From the NCBI GenBank assembly GCA_012295275.1, contig CM022678.1, forward strand, positions 10,354,001-10,418,000: a stretch of DNA of 64,000 bases. Reading direction: 5' to 3'. The stretch comes from Chrysomallon squamiferum. Lineage: Eukaryota > Animalia > Mollusca. Below are positions 1-23,493 of this stretch, piece by piece. The notes beneath the pieces are model-generated. The model was given only the letters and a program-made list of their open reading frames with translations, was not told where the DNA came from and searched no databases. Numbering within the stretch: position 1 is the stretch's first letter; each line of letters starts with the position of its first letter. Both the position numbers and the translations under genes were made by a program.

Positions 1-687
1 CATAACCATATCATTATTGAGTCCTTGATTATATTAGAGATATTAAATGGGGAATAGGTTTATATAATATATATTTATCCACAAAAGTCACTATTTTTAA
101 TTGTTTTTTTTTTATCTGTAGGTAATTACGAATACAGTGTTAACCAATACTTGCAAAATGCAAATACAAATACATATGTCTCCTATTACATTTAGAAGAT
201 AAAAACATTAACATAAATTCATTTATTTATTTAAAATGCTAGAATACTATATACATTCAAAGCTCGTTATATCAGTGACTATATAAACAAGTATGTGATT
301 TAGCATGAGTAATACACAATATTCCATTTGTATAATGTTGCATGTAATAACTTCAGAAATACATGAGTGACTTTTTCAAAGTTTCAATCATTCCTCTCTT
401 TTTAGTTGACCTAGAAGTAAAAAATATAATATAATATCATGTAATATAATATCCACAATATAATATAATATAATATATAGAAAAATTCACATTAATTATA
501 GACAGACATTGATAGATTTATAGGCAGATACATCAACCGACAAACAAAAACACAGAGACAGAGACACATAGAGACAGACAGACATAGATAGACTGATAGC
601 TAGACATCTAGATGGACAAACATATATATATATATATATATATCCGTCACACAGTGCCACAGAATAGATATACAGACATATAGATAT

Positions 688-770
<83 letters not shown>

Positions 771-897
771 AATATATACAGAGAAAGGTAATTATATAAA
801 TAAATGGTTATTCTCATACATTTATTTTCTGTATTAAATAATACCAATAGCAAGGTCTTACCTAGAAATATCTGTGTTGTAATAACTGGGTGATTCC

Positions 898-10699
<9,802 letters not shown>

Positions 10700-10759
10700 C
10701 TTCACTCTAATATCTAATTTAGTTTATTGAAGCGCTCTAGGTGAAATAAACTAGACTGC

Positions 10760-10925
10760 TTTTAACAAGGATAGAATATCACACGTGACTATTTACCTCT
10801 TCGTTGGACAAGGAAGAAACCAGATCAACTTACCTAATAATAACAAAAGAATTATTAGGTCGCTTCGACATTATGAAACATAGAGGATGCGTGAAAACAT
10901 ACGATATGCTGTTAAGTAGTAGCTC
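10760..10925 (-). promoter_or_regulatory. Conserved upstream block of the CUB-Ig receptor family (E-box CACGTG next to TATA-like TAAATAG on minus strand)
   Basis: The block (tatcacacgtgactattta...gaaac..gatc..acgatatgctg..agtagctc) lies ~60-230 bp upstream of the ATG. Homologues are at ~22545-22720, 37440-37560 and 45575-45695. Regulatory function is inferred from position and conservation. Confidence 0.5.
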
Positions 10926-11259
10926 TCAATAGAAAATACTTTAGCAGAATCCTCACTCTGTTTTTTTTTTTATTTTTTGTTACTTAAGAGAAAAAAATAT
11001 CTTGTTTCGTTCTAACTATTATGTGTTAGATCACTCAGACCAACATGCATGATATTTCACATATCTCTCAAAGGTAGTATATCTATGAAGACAGCTCGAT
11101 AATTTAAAGTAAAGTAACTTAATGTGTCTGTTTTGTGTGTGTGTGTGCGTTTTGTATAGACAGATAGATAGAGAGAGAGAGATAGATGGATAGATAGATA
11201 AGTATATGCATTTATAGGGAGATATATAGATACAGCAAAAAAAGATAATAGAAATAAAG

Positions 11260-11375
<116 letters not shown>

Positions 11376-11567
11376 ATCTAGAAGAAACTTATCTTCTTTT
11401 TCTTTCATATTTTACGGTTGTTGGGTTATAAATGTATGTGTGCTTTTGTGTGCAGGTATTTATGTGTATGTATACATACATGCCTACATACAATATACAT
11501 GCACAGATATATGCATACTTACACATATGTCTGTGTTTTCATATATTGTATGTGCGTCTTTTTGTAT

Positions 11568-11598
<31 letters not shown>

Positions 11599-12779
11599 AG
11601 CTCACACAGACACATACGAACATCTAGAGGTCTTCTGAAGTCACGTTTCTTCCTAATGCTATGCTTTACAGAGATTGAAAGATAAAAATTAATTTTATGT
11701 TTAACCTTCCTGACGCAATCTCGGTTTATCTTGTAAGACGAGTATAATGTTTATGGTCAGATAAACTTTTCTATAAAAGAAAATACGAGTCAGACAAAAC
11801 TGCGGAGACGTGTTGCGCGGAGATGTTTATGTGATACTGCACCTGAACTGAGTTAAAAACAAAATTTGCTTAGTAATTCTATGATTCAGTGAATGAGGCT
11901 GGATACGAGGATTTTCAGTTCATTTTACTCAGTAATTTTCAGCACTTTCTGTGTGCACAAGTTTCTTTTTCTTTTTTTTTTTTTTTTTTTTCTAATTTCA
12001 TATTTTGCCTGTTGTATCATGTATATCAAATATAATTTTTCTTCTTTTTTGTCTCTTTATATTCATTGGTACCTTGACTTACGAGTTTTATTCGTTCCGA
12101 TCTCGTAACTCAATTTGCTCGTATTTCAAATCAATTTTCCTAACTGAAATTTACCTGAAATGCCATTAATCCGTTCCAGCCCCTAAAACCATCCCATAAA
12201 TTTTGTAATTGTGGTCGAAAATTCAAAATGTATTTTTGAATGGAATTTTAAAAAAAAAAAATAATGTAAAATGCCATATCAAAATAAATGGTTTTGTAAA
12301 GTTATTTTTCTTTGAGAAACAATAATTTTAAAGTCTTTCTGGATCACAGTGTTTCGTTTATTTTATTTATTATTACTATATATTACTATATTTGTGCATA
12401 TAGAAATGGTGTTGTCAGGTCGACAGATATTTAGTCTTTTTCCACGCTCGTGTTTCTATGAAAAGTTTTAATTCAATTGACATGGAGTTCTTTTTTTTTT
12501 TAAAAATCGTCCTTTGCAACTATTTCCAACCCTTATGTCAGAAAATATATGTTAATGTTTCGTTTGTCTTAAAACCAATAAATGTTCAAACACGCTTATC
12601 ATCATCATTATATTTTGATGTACGGACTGTTACTGAATTGGCGCTGGAGTTCCTTCTCTAACACTTTGTTGACAGAATCTTTGATTCGTAAAAAACGATA
12701 CGTTCAGACCTCATTCACAAGTTTTCCTCAATAGTGTGATAATCTGTGATTGATTTTATAATTAATTTTTTTGGGTTTT

Positions 12780-13400
12780 CTTTCAGCTGTTCCCTATTTT
12801 AAAGACCAAGGGCATTTGTATGCAACAAAGTTTTGTTTTAATTTTTGTATCTGGTTTGGAACCATAGCGGACTCCTCTGTTTAATAACGTTGCTGCAGAC
12901 ATTCGATTGTCACTGGCTTTGTGCAACCATATTTTCATCAGGTCCAGCCAAGCAAACAAAGTTGTCTCGCTTGTAAAGATCAACAACTCTTTCACAACTT
13001 TGCCTGCTTTTATCATTTGAAAGTAGATATGATACCATTTTGATGGGCGAATTTATTGTTGAAGACCATCGATACAGGTTCTGATCTTACAAAGATGTCT
13101 GAATACTACTGAGAAACAGTGCCATTTTCCCCTTGTCCCAGTGCGCGCCAGCTTCTTCTATTTTACTTAACCCTGATTTCTTTCACATCTTTCATTCTCT
13201 TGCACAGAGCTGATACCAACACTTGACAGCAGCCCGCAGTTGAAGATGCTGTTATAATAATCTGCCATCTTCCGGGTCCAGGTCAGATGCTTGTTGTAGA
13301 ATAGTGCTTGCCTTTTCAAAACCCATCATGTCAACATCACCGTTAGAACCTCCAGGATTGTTGACGCAAAACAATTAGCATCCAGCCAGCTTATCTGTTT
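12780..13400 (-). mobile_element. Degenerate coding relic with a YqaJ/lambda-exonuclease-like motif (probably transposon-derived)
   Basis: GC-richer stretch with stops; minus frame gives IKQRSPLWFQTRYKN*...NALGL, resembling the QRSxEWFxxR...ALG start of YqaJ domains. Confidence 0.3.
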
Positions 13401-13817
13401 TGATCTTGTTCTGGAATAACAACAAGAATGAACTTAATTATGCCAGGAGTTTCATACTCTCGTTAAAAATCGAGGTTAACAGACTCCGGCATATTTCTTG
13501 ATGTTAGAGCAATTTTTTGTAGTTGTTATTGTTGTTGTTGTTTTTATTATTGTTTTTTGTTGTTGCTTTTTCTTTTACTTTATATCAACTCAGTGTACAT
13601 GTATTCTGTTGGGAAAACCACCTAGTAACATTCAGAAACGTGGACTACATTGATCTATATGTATGAGTTTTGAGACATCTCTCTTCATGACGCGTCTATG
13701 ATGACGGCTCTATAATTTAAAATAAAGTAACTGTTTGTTTCTCTGTCTGTGTGTTGTGTATTTTTCAAACACTAGGTCAACGTTTAAAGCAATTTTATTA
13801 TTATTATTATTATTATA

Positions 13818-13850
<33 letters not shown>

Positions 13851-14189
13851 TGTATTTTATTATGCAATTAATATTTTTGGTGTAACGTGTCTCTGTCATT
13901 TTAAAAATGCTGCATTTTTTTATTCATATTCCAACATATTTGTTGTACTACTATTGCATTAATAGTCAGGACTTAGTATAAGTGTTTGGGATATCTTTGT
14001 ACACTTTAATAAACAAGAATGCATTTTGACAAAACTTGTTATTTTACTTTGTCTATTATTATTATTATTAAATATCTCTCCCTCCTCCCTCTCTCTCTCT
14101 CTCTCTCTGTTTCACACACACACACACACAGTGTATCTCTGTCTGTGTATATTAGATCTGTTCATTGATCATGTACAAGATATAAAATA

Positions 14190-14703
14190 CGGGCTAAACG
14201 TAGAGCACTTTCGAAACTTAAAACCTATCTTCCCTTGGAGTAGTTAATCGTGGACTACCGGAACGTGGTCGATTTCACACTTGCTCACTTTGATGTACGC
14301 GTTGTCGGAGTCGTGGTATGTATCGTCATGAACACAAAAGTACTGAACGACGTCGTTAAGCCGTCCTATTGCTTGATGACGTTGATCTTGAGTTAAGCCT
14401 GGATGGTGACCCATTATAACAGTGTAAATTCTTCCTTTTGTTTTTCGATAATGTTTGTTTTAGTGCATCAAAATGTGATTTCAATACATCCGTATGGCAC
14501 GCGCTTCTGCGACAACACGAGTGCAACGTACTTGCACGTGCAGTATACGTTGCGGCGTGCGATATGACAAATGCTGTTCTTTGCGTTACCCAAAACTGCA
14601 GGTCACTTGCAACTAACATATTACCAAGTTTCATGACTTTATTTTAGTTTATTTGGAAGGAACAATCATTTTCATAAACTTGCTAACTTTTTTGGTTAAG
14701 TAG
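14190..14703 (-). mobile_element. Tc1/mariner transposon 5' relic
   Basis: ATG at 14414: MGHHPGLTQDQRHQAIGRLND..(frameshift)IPRLRQRVHQSEQV*NRPRSGSPRLTTPREDRF, matching the Tc1 paired/HTH RPRSGRPRxTT.EDR signature; TIR-like end near 14680-14703. Confidence 0.7.
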
Positions 14704-16700
14704 AGAGATAGATAGGTAGCTATAGATACATTTGTTTGTGTGTGTACGTTTTAGTGTGTTTGTGTTCCGAATCTTGTATGGCAAACTGGGCTACCAAATT
14801 TTTGTAGCTAGAAATATCTGTAACATTTTTTCTTTTTCTTCTTCTTCTTGTTCTTTCACTTAAAATTGTATGGTGATAGTGTTATCGTTTACGAAATCTA
14901 AGTCTCTTGAGATTATCGCTCGCATTTCCAGAAGTGTGACGTCACAGGGTCGCTTATTAGTTGAACAATGAGTTAAGTTAAATGTTTTGTCAGCGTTTAT
15001 GATTCAACTAAATACTTTGAAATAATCTTAAAACTTTATTTGTTTATGAATCATCCTGCGGCGAGTGCAAATTAACACAAGTAAATGATAATTCTGAACC
15101 ACCAACATTATTTTTAATAAGTCTTCATTATTAAAAAATCACTAATCTCAGATGTTAATGTTCGCTTAAAACCAAAAATGTTCATGAATATTAAAGAAAT
15201 TTAATATTTAGACATCAGAGGTATTATACTGAACATGTAAGTACGCATTATTTATTAGCTACTAACACCGTATATATATATATATATATTTATATTTACA
15301 AAATAATATATATGTTTGTAACACACTGCAATTTTGTGGGCATATCAATTAAAGATTATTTTAAAAAAAATTATAACCAAAATTCACTAAACTATATGAC
15401 TTTTTTAATTGTAGACACAAATATAAAAACACACACAAAAACAACAAAAAAACAACCGAAAAACTCCGCCTGAAGCATATGGTTTATTATAAATTGTCAT
15501 TTCCGTATAACAAGATTCTGTCTGATAAATATCCGCTTCTGATTAAAATTGGTAATGTAATATAAACATACTGAACACACACATTCACACACATACACAC
15601 ATAAAACAGGATTAACACACATAATGATGAAATACAAAACATATAGCTAACATATTGAACATATATATACTACTGTACCGATATAATCCTATTTTCTAAC
15701 GGTTTTAGTCCAGTGGTTCGAGCGTACACCATAGTTCTTAAACATTACCTAATGATCCTTAGTGCTATTACAGTAAGTTATGTCCAGTTCCAGGAGGAAG
15801 AAGATTAGTCAAAACTGTATTTGTTTTACTTATTTATCAAAATAACACTGGATATAAAACAAGCCTTTCTGTCAATTCTAAAAAAGTGTAACCTATGAGG
15901 AGGCGACCGAGCTTTCTTCTCCATGTACATCACTACTGAACTATTTGCTTGTTATAACCCTCAGTAATAAAATATTCATGTGTGTTCATTCATTCACACA
16001 AACGTTAAAGATAAATCTAAATTTGTTTAATATTATCATAAATATTAGTTTCCCATAACCATATCATTATTGAGTCCTTGATTATATAGGTATTGGTTTA
16101 TATAATATATATTTATTCACAAAGGTCACTATTTTTTTTTTTTTTTTTTAATCTATAGGTAAAGTGAATACTGTATTAACCAATACTTGCAAAAATAAAA
16201 TAAAAATAAACACTTTCCTACGTCATGATCATTACATTTAGGAGGAAAAAATGTATTTATTTATTTATTTAAACTGGTAAAATATTATATGCATTCAAAG
16301 CGGATAATATCAAATGACTATATAAAAAGTGTGTGATTTGACATGAATAATAATCAATATTCCATTTATCTAATTTTGCAAGTAGTCAATGTTATTTTCA
16401 ATTTTACGTAGTTAACATAAGAAATAAATGACTTTTACAGATGATCCTTCTTTATTCTCTTTTTAGTTTGCCTAAAAGTAAAAAAATGTAAAACAATATA
16501 ACATTTAAAAAATTAAAAAACGTAAATAAAATAATAAAAATAAAAAGTTGTATAATTTAAATGAATTAATTTAATATCTATTATGAATATGCTACAGAAC
16601 TTTTATTGTTTCTAGTAAATATTTCTTCTTTCTTTTAATAAACCAACAAACAAACCATTACATCAATAAATAAATGAACAAATATATTTTTAATTTGCAC

Positions 16701-19700
16701 CTGTTTCTACATCATCATACTAGGATCCAAATTATGTGCAGATGCGAACCTAAAATTTGATTCATCTGATGCAGCTGCAACAACAGAAGTAAACATACAA
16801 CTACTACTATCTATAATACTGCTGCTATCACCACACCATGCCTCCAACAATTACTACTTAACACATTTTATACTGCTACTGCTACCACTTGTACTACCAT
16901 TACTACTACCACTACTACTGCAATCACCACTAACACTACAATATTTCTAGTATTACTACTACTACTATGAATGAATGAATGAATGTTCAAAAAACAATCC
17001 CACCATGAAAAATACATCGGCTTCTGTGTGCCAGATTGTGGTATTGGAATAAAAATGTGATGATCAACATCAGTATACATATTCAACAGTTACTACTACT
17101 ACTACTACCATCACTACTGCAATCACCACTATTACACTACCAATATTTCTAGTATTACTACTAATATCACTTCTAGCACTACTAGTGTACCTCATACAAT
17201 ATCATAACTACAGCAACAGTTCCAATACAACTACAATTATCACTTGTACCACTATTAACTACTACAGTACTGCTGATGTTACTGCTACTACTACTACTAC
17301 TAATGTTGCTAATGTTGCTACTGTTACTAACACCAACGTTACTACTCATACTGCTACTATCACTACTACTTTTGCTATTACTATAAATGTTGCTGCTGAT
17401 ATTAATAACTAGTATAACTAATGACTAATAATATTGTATTACATTTCACTATTACTAGTATATTACTTCTACTACTACTACTTATACTGCCAATAACCCA
17501 AAAGAAATATGATAGTAGGATGTAAGTTACAAATTTCGATTTCAAAGTAATCAGAAACAACAGACAAATTTTCATTTCTCTATAAGTCGTCATCTGAACT
17601 ACATACATACATAAATACATACATAAATATATACATAAATACATACATACATACATACATACACACATACATTACAGTCAAGTTTGTTACATACACATGT
17701 ACATAATACATACATACATACATACATATTAGGGCATTCTCAGTCAAGTTTGTTTTACTTACATGTAATAATAATAATAATAATAATAATTATAATTATT
17801 ATTATTATTATAATTATTATTATTATTATTATTATTATAATTATTATTATTATTATTATTATTATTATTTAATAATAACAATAACAATAATAGTAATAAT
17901 ACTAACCCTAATTTAATAATAGCAGTTACAATAACATAAAAATAAGAACAACAATAAATGAACAACAATAAATGAACCCAAAAAAATAAGAAGAATAAAA
18001 CAAATAGAAACAAAGTAACAACAAAATATTAACAATCAATAACAAACAATGACAATTTAAAAAAACAGTAAGAACAACAATAAATGAACAACAAGAAAAA
18101 TAAGAAGAACTATAATGTGTTGTTTTCTATTAGTAACAACAAAATATTAATGATCCATAATAAATCATTAAGAATTTATAAACACTACTACTAGTGCTAC
18201 TACAATTACCGATATATTATAAAATAAACATGATTGTGCTATGTGTTACCAGTCTCCATTTCCAAATAATCAGGAACATCAGACAAATTTTCATTTCCAG
18301 TTCTACTATTTCTTTGCAAGTAGTCATCTGAAATACATATATACGTACATACATACATACATATAAACATACACTCTAGTTCAATCTCAATCAAGTTTCA
18401 TCAACATTACAGAAATACACTGATCTACTGTTTACAGATCCTGATCACAAATAACTTATTTATCTAGAAAAAGAATCTTAACATGAAAAATATAAAATAC
18501 AGTAATTTATTATCTAATGTACTACGAATAAATAGAAGTCATACTGGAAATATTTCTACAAAGTTATCAAGTATGTTGTTATTATTTTATTAAGACATGT
18601 GACTGTTGATTTCCTTACCGATCCGTTTTCTTATCATAACAAAGAGCAGAATAATTAGTACAACAACAAGCAAAACTGCTCCACCTGCCGCAGTTCCAAT
18701 GTAGTTTATTTTCATATCTGGTATAGAGTCTGCGAATGATTACATTATAAAACAAAATTAAAAGTTACAAATAAACAGAAGAAAGAGAGAGATAGAAAAG
18801 TCAAATATATTCAGTTATTTTCTTAAGACAGAAATTCAAAAAACAAAACTGACGGACGTACAGGCTTCCGAAATAATCTGATATAAATGATAGAATATGT
18901 TTCTGTAAATGCCTATGAACTGAAATGTTCTTTTCTTTGGATAGGTAATTTCGTAAGTTCAAAAGCTTATAGACCGGAGAAGGAACTGAAAAGTTTACAT
19001 GCACTCAGTCAATCAGAAATATTTTTACAACTGAACAAAATGACATCGGTTGAACACAAAAACATCAGAATTGATTCTTCTTCATTAAATGATTAAATTA
19101 TAAGTCAAACTGTCTGCACTTTAAATGTGGTCTCATCTGTAATAATATAAAAAAAAATCATTTTATGTGTATATATATACGTATGATTTTATATTTGTAG
19201 ACAGACAACAAACATCTCTTCAGATTCTGCTTAATATTTCCAGTCATACGTAATTAATAATAACTACCTTTGAGAACAACCTTCAATTTCTTCACAAGTT
19301 TTGTATCAAACTTTTCACTGGACACAACAACTTGGTAATCACCCGCATCTTCCCATTTAGTTTTGTACAGAATCAGCTGTCCAACTGAAGACCACGAATT
19401 TGACTTAACAGGTTCAGTGTTTGTTAATAATTTCCACTGACCATTGACCAGTTTGTACCAGGTAAACACAGGTGGAGGGAAAGCAATAACAGAAATTGTG
19501 TAGTACAGCATCCTTTCCAAGTTCTGTAGCAAAAAAACTCACGAAACTTTTGTGGTAATTTAGTCTGGGGTGGCCTGTAGAAATAAATTAATATTTTCAA
19601 AATTAAAGAAAGACGTTCAAATATTTACTTTACATATGCATCTTTTAAGACATTCTCAGATTTATAAAATAGCAATTTTTTATAATTTTGGTGATTTCAA

Positions 19701-22353
19701 TTAAGTTATTTTTGGATTTTTTCCAATTTATCTTGATATAAAGAGATAGAATATATTTATAGATTAGCACGGAGCTTGAGATATATTATGATGTAAATTT
19801 AGAACAGCTAATCTGCATATTGAAAATATCGAGAACTTATTGACATTTTGTTTCTTTTTTAAATTTACAAACTAATTTAAATATACGTGTCTCCATCTGT
19901 ACGTCTGTATGTTTGTCTCTATATCTCTGTGATGTTGAAGAATTTCGTCTCATTATTCAATCTGAAGAGTAAAATAAAACAAAGATTTCGCTTACAGTGT
20001 ACAAATAATTCAATTTGTTTCTTAACACGCTTGTTTACTGAGTTGTCAGCTGTACAAAAATAAATATTAGAATCTTCGCAGCTAGCTTCTTTCCAAGCAA
20101 ACTGAATCCGTGTTGAATTGTGCGCCACTTTAATTTGGTTTGTGTTGTCTCGTAGTGCTATGGTTGATGCAGGCTTACTGTCGACATTACAAATGACGTC
20201 AACTCTGTCGTGTTCATTTACGTACGCAGAAAGTGACTGGTTGTTGATTTGAAAATTCTCAATGATTGGCTGGTCTGTGAAACAAAAAAAAATTACGTTT
20301 AATAACTGAAAAATTGTTGTTAATGTCATTTTATTTTCGGGCTTTTTTGTAGTTATGTTTATATATGTTATTTGTTTCGACTGATGCAGTTTGTTGATCT
20401 CCAATTATAACAATATTTATTCACACTAGTTATAACTGTATAAAAATTATTAATCGTTTACTGACACTTTACAGACAGCAATGACTTATGTAAACGGGAA
20501 GATGGCAAATAGCTAATCAGAGAAAAAATACAGACGTGAAACCGGTAAAAGGTGGAAAGTGGTGAACCTGGGCTTGGAAACAAAACGCTGAGGATTTCAG
20601 AAAACTTTGGAACCATAATGATGATAGTAATGACTATGATTAAGGTGAAATGATGGTGTTGGTCATGATGATGGTATTAGCATTTTCTGTTTTACTCACA
20701 AAACACTTCTAAGTGGAAAGTTCGTTTTCCAATAACAGTCTCTGTTTCAGAGTTTCTTGACAAGCACGTGTACATTCCTGCATCATTTTTGCTGATATTT
20801 CTGATGTTCAAAATTCCATTTGAACTATAAGTCTGAATAAGATGGGAATTCTCAAAACTCCAGCTGTACAGACACGCTGGGAAACAGTCCGCTACACACA
20901 CCAAACTAAAGTTTTCTCCAGCTACAGCGAATTTTCTCCCATCTCTAGATATAGATGTAGAGTTGTCTGGACCATCTTAAGTGTAATAATAATAATAATT
21001 ATTATTATTATTATATTATTATTATAATTATAATAACAACAACATCAATAATAATTTTGTTAAAAGTAATAATAATAAGGGTAATAATAATATAATAATG
21101 GCAATAACAATAATAACAGCAAAAGAGCAGTAACAATAAATTCAATCAATAACAATAATAACAATAACAATAAAAATCAAGAGTAACAACAATATTAGTG
21201 AATATTAGTAAATACATTGTAACAATACCGATAACAACAATAGCAACAACAACAACAAGCATAATGTCCTATGTTTTCTGCTATTAACAACATTTCTTTC
21301 TTTTTCTTCTTTTTTTTTTTGTTTTTGTTTGTTGTTTGTTTGTTTTTCTTGTTTGTTTCTAGTACAAGGTCCATATTAAGAATTTAGAAATACTGAACTG
21401 TCCAGATTAAGAATACTTACAATAAAAAACAAGTGTGATATTCTTCTCCCACGTTTTCTTAAGCTCAGAGGTTGTAGCAGTGCAGGTATACACACCGGAA
21501 TTGTTTCGTGTTAATTTGCTGACTTCCAATTTGACTGTTGTCGATGACGTATGAGATGTTTTAATAATGTCTCCTCTAAATGTCCAGTTGTAATTGCAGG
21601 GTGGTTTGCAGTCAGCGCTGCAAGTCAAAACAGCTGTCTGTCCTTCGTAATAACCAGATTTATCAGACGTCAAATTCATACTGCTGTCTGACAGGACCAT
21701 CTATAAAGACGAACTGAATTCAGTGAAGATACGCTAAATATGTTAATGACACCGATTACCAAGAATAATTTTTTTTCTAGATTAAATTATTTTATCTAAT
21801 TTTATATTATAAATTTCTATTATATATTTCTGAATTTAAAAAAATACGTCAGTAATTTCCATAACATAATTTAAATTATGATAAACATATGGCTTACTAT
21901 ATTTTTTTCAGAAGAAGTAATCCCAAAAAATTCAAAATAACATACATATATACCATATATATATGTGTATGTATGTGTGTCGACATATAGACAGACGCAC
22001 ATAAGTACAGATACAGATATATATAAGAACGAATGATAAGAATTCAAACAAAATATATAGTCTTTTGAATATGGTTTACTTCCGATAACCTTTTGTTAAG
22101 TATGCTGGTGTATGTCCATCTGAAATCTTTGTCTGTGTGTATATGCAAACTATCTTTATTAGTTTCTGTGTGAACATATATTTACGTAATTTGTGTATGT
22201 GTTTGCGTGTGAGAATATATTTTTGTTTGTTTAGATGGTTGTCTGCGCATGCCAATATTATTTTAATTTGTGTGAATGTGTGTATTCCAGTATTATGTTT
22301 GTGTTACCTTTGACGATTCATCTGTGTATGTATAGTCTATGCTATGACATGAA

Positions 22354-22384
<31 letters not shown>

Positions 22385-22475
22385 ATATTAAACAACAAAC
22401 TTGAAAAAAAAAGGACAACTTACTGAAAGTCCATGACGAACACATTGATATAAAAATATAAATACAAATCCTCAT
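16701..22475 (-). pseudogene. CUB-Ig receptor family copy B, disrupted (SP-Ig2-Ig3-Ig4-Ig5-TM-partial tail; CUB, Ig1 and ITAM exon absent)
   Basis: Exons 22424-22475 (signal), 21421-21700 (Ig2, 280 nt, 4-nt insertion near 21690), 20700-20975, 19996-20274, 19268-19574 (Ig5, 307 nt vs 306, +1 frameshift near 19496), TM 18619-18729, 18250-18327 (DYLEM), 17531-17593 (TAG at 17580-17582). Only a fused remnant of the YDDV exon remains at ~16701-16720; no YSKL exon found. Confidence 0.75.
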
Positions 22476-22737
22476 CTTGATTCGATAATCTAAACTGTAT
22501 ATTTAGATAACGAAGCGAATCTTATGAAAGAAAGTTGGTTGCGTTTAACAAGGATGAAATATCACATGTGACTCTTTACCTCTTCGTTGGGCCAGTAAGA
22601 AACGTGATCGAATTAAGTAAAGCTATGAATAATAAAGAAAGAATTAATAGATCGCTTCGACATTATGAAAATACACCATGCTTGAATACATATGATATGC
22701 TGAACAATAGTAGCTCTGTAATTTATATATTTTATAT

Positions 22738-22800
<63 letters not shown>

Positions 22801-23085
22801 CGTATTTTTATTTTTATTTTTTTATATGCTGAGTCACATCACTTCAGATATTTCTCTGTTAATAGCATATGCATTAAGACGGCTGTATATTTTTCTGTGG
22901 ATGTGTATACACAGTTAATGATGTATGCATATTCATATATCTACGTATTTGTTTGTTTGTCTATATATGCGTCAGAGTGTGTATGTATCTATATATCTAT
23001 AATGAGAGAGAGGTAGATTCTTTCCCCTCACATATACCTAGATAGATAGATAGATAGATATTAACAGAGATATAAAAAGATCGAG

Positions 23086-23140
<55 letters not shown>

Positions 23141-23298
23141 GCAGATAGATAGATAGATAGAGAGAGACAGACAGATAGATAGATAGATAGATAGAGAGAG
23201 GGAGAGAGAGAGAGAGAGATTAGAGAGAGGGAGAGAGAGAGAGAGATAAACACAGCTACAAGGGTTATAAAAATAAAGGAAACAGGGAGGGAGGGAGG

Positions 23299-23493
<195 letters not shown>

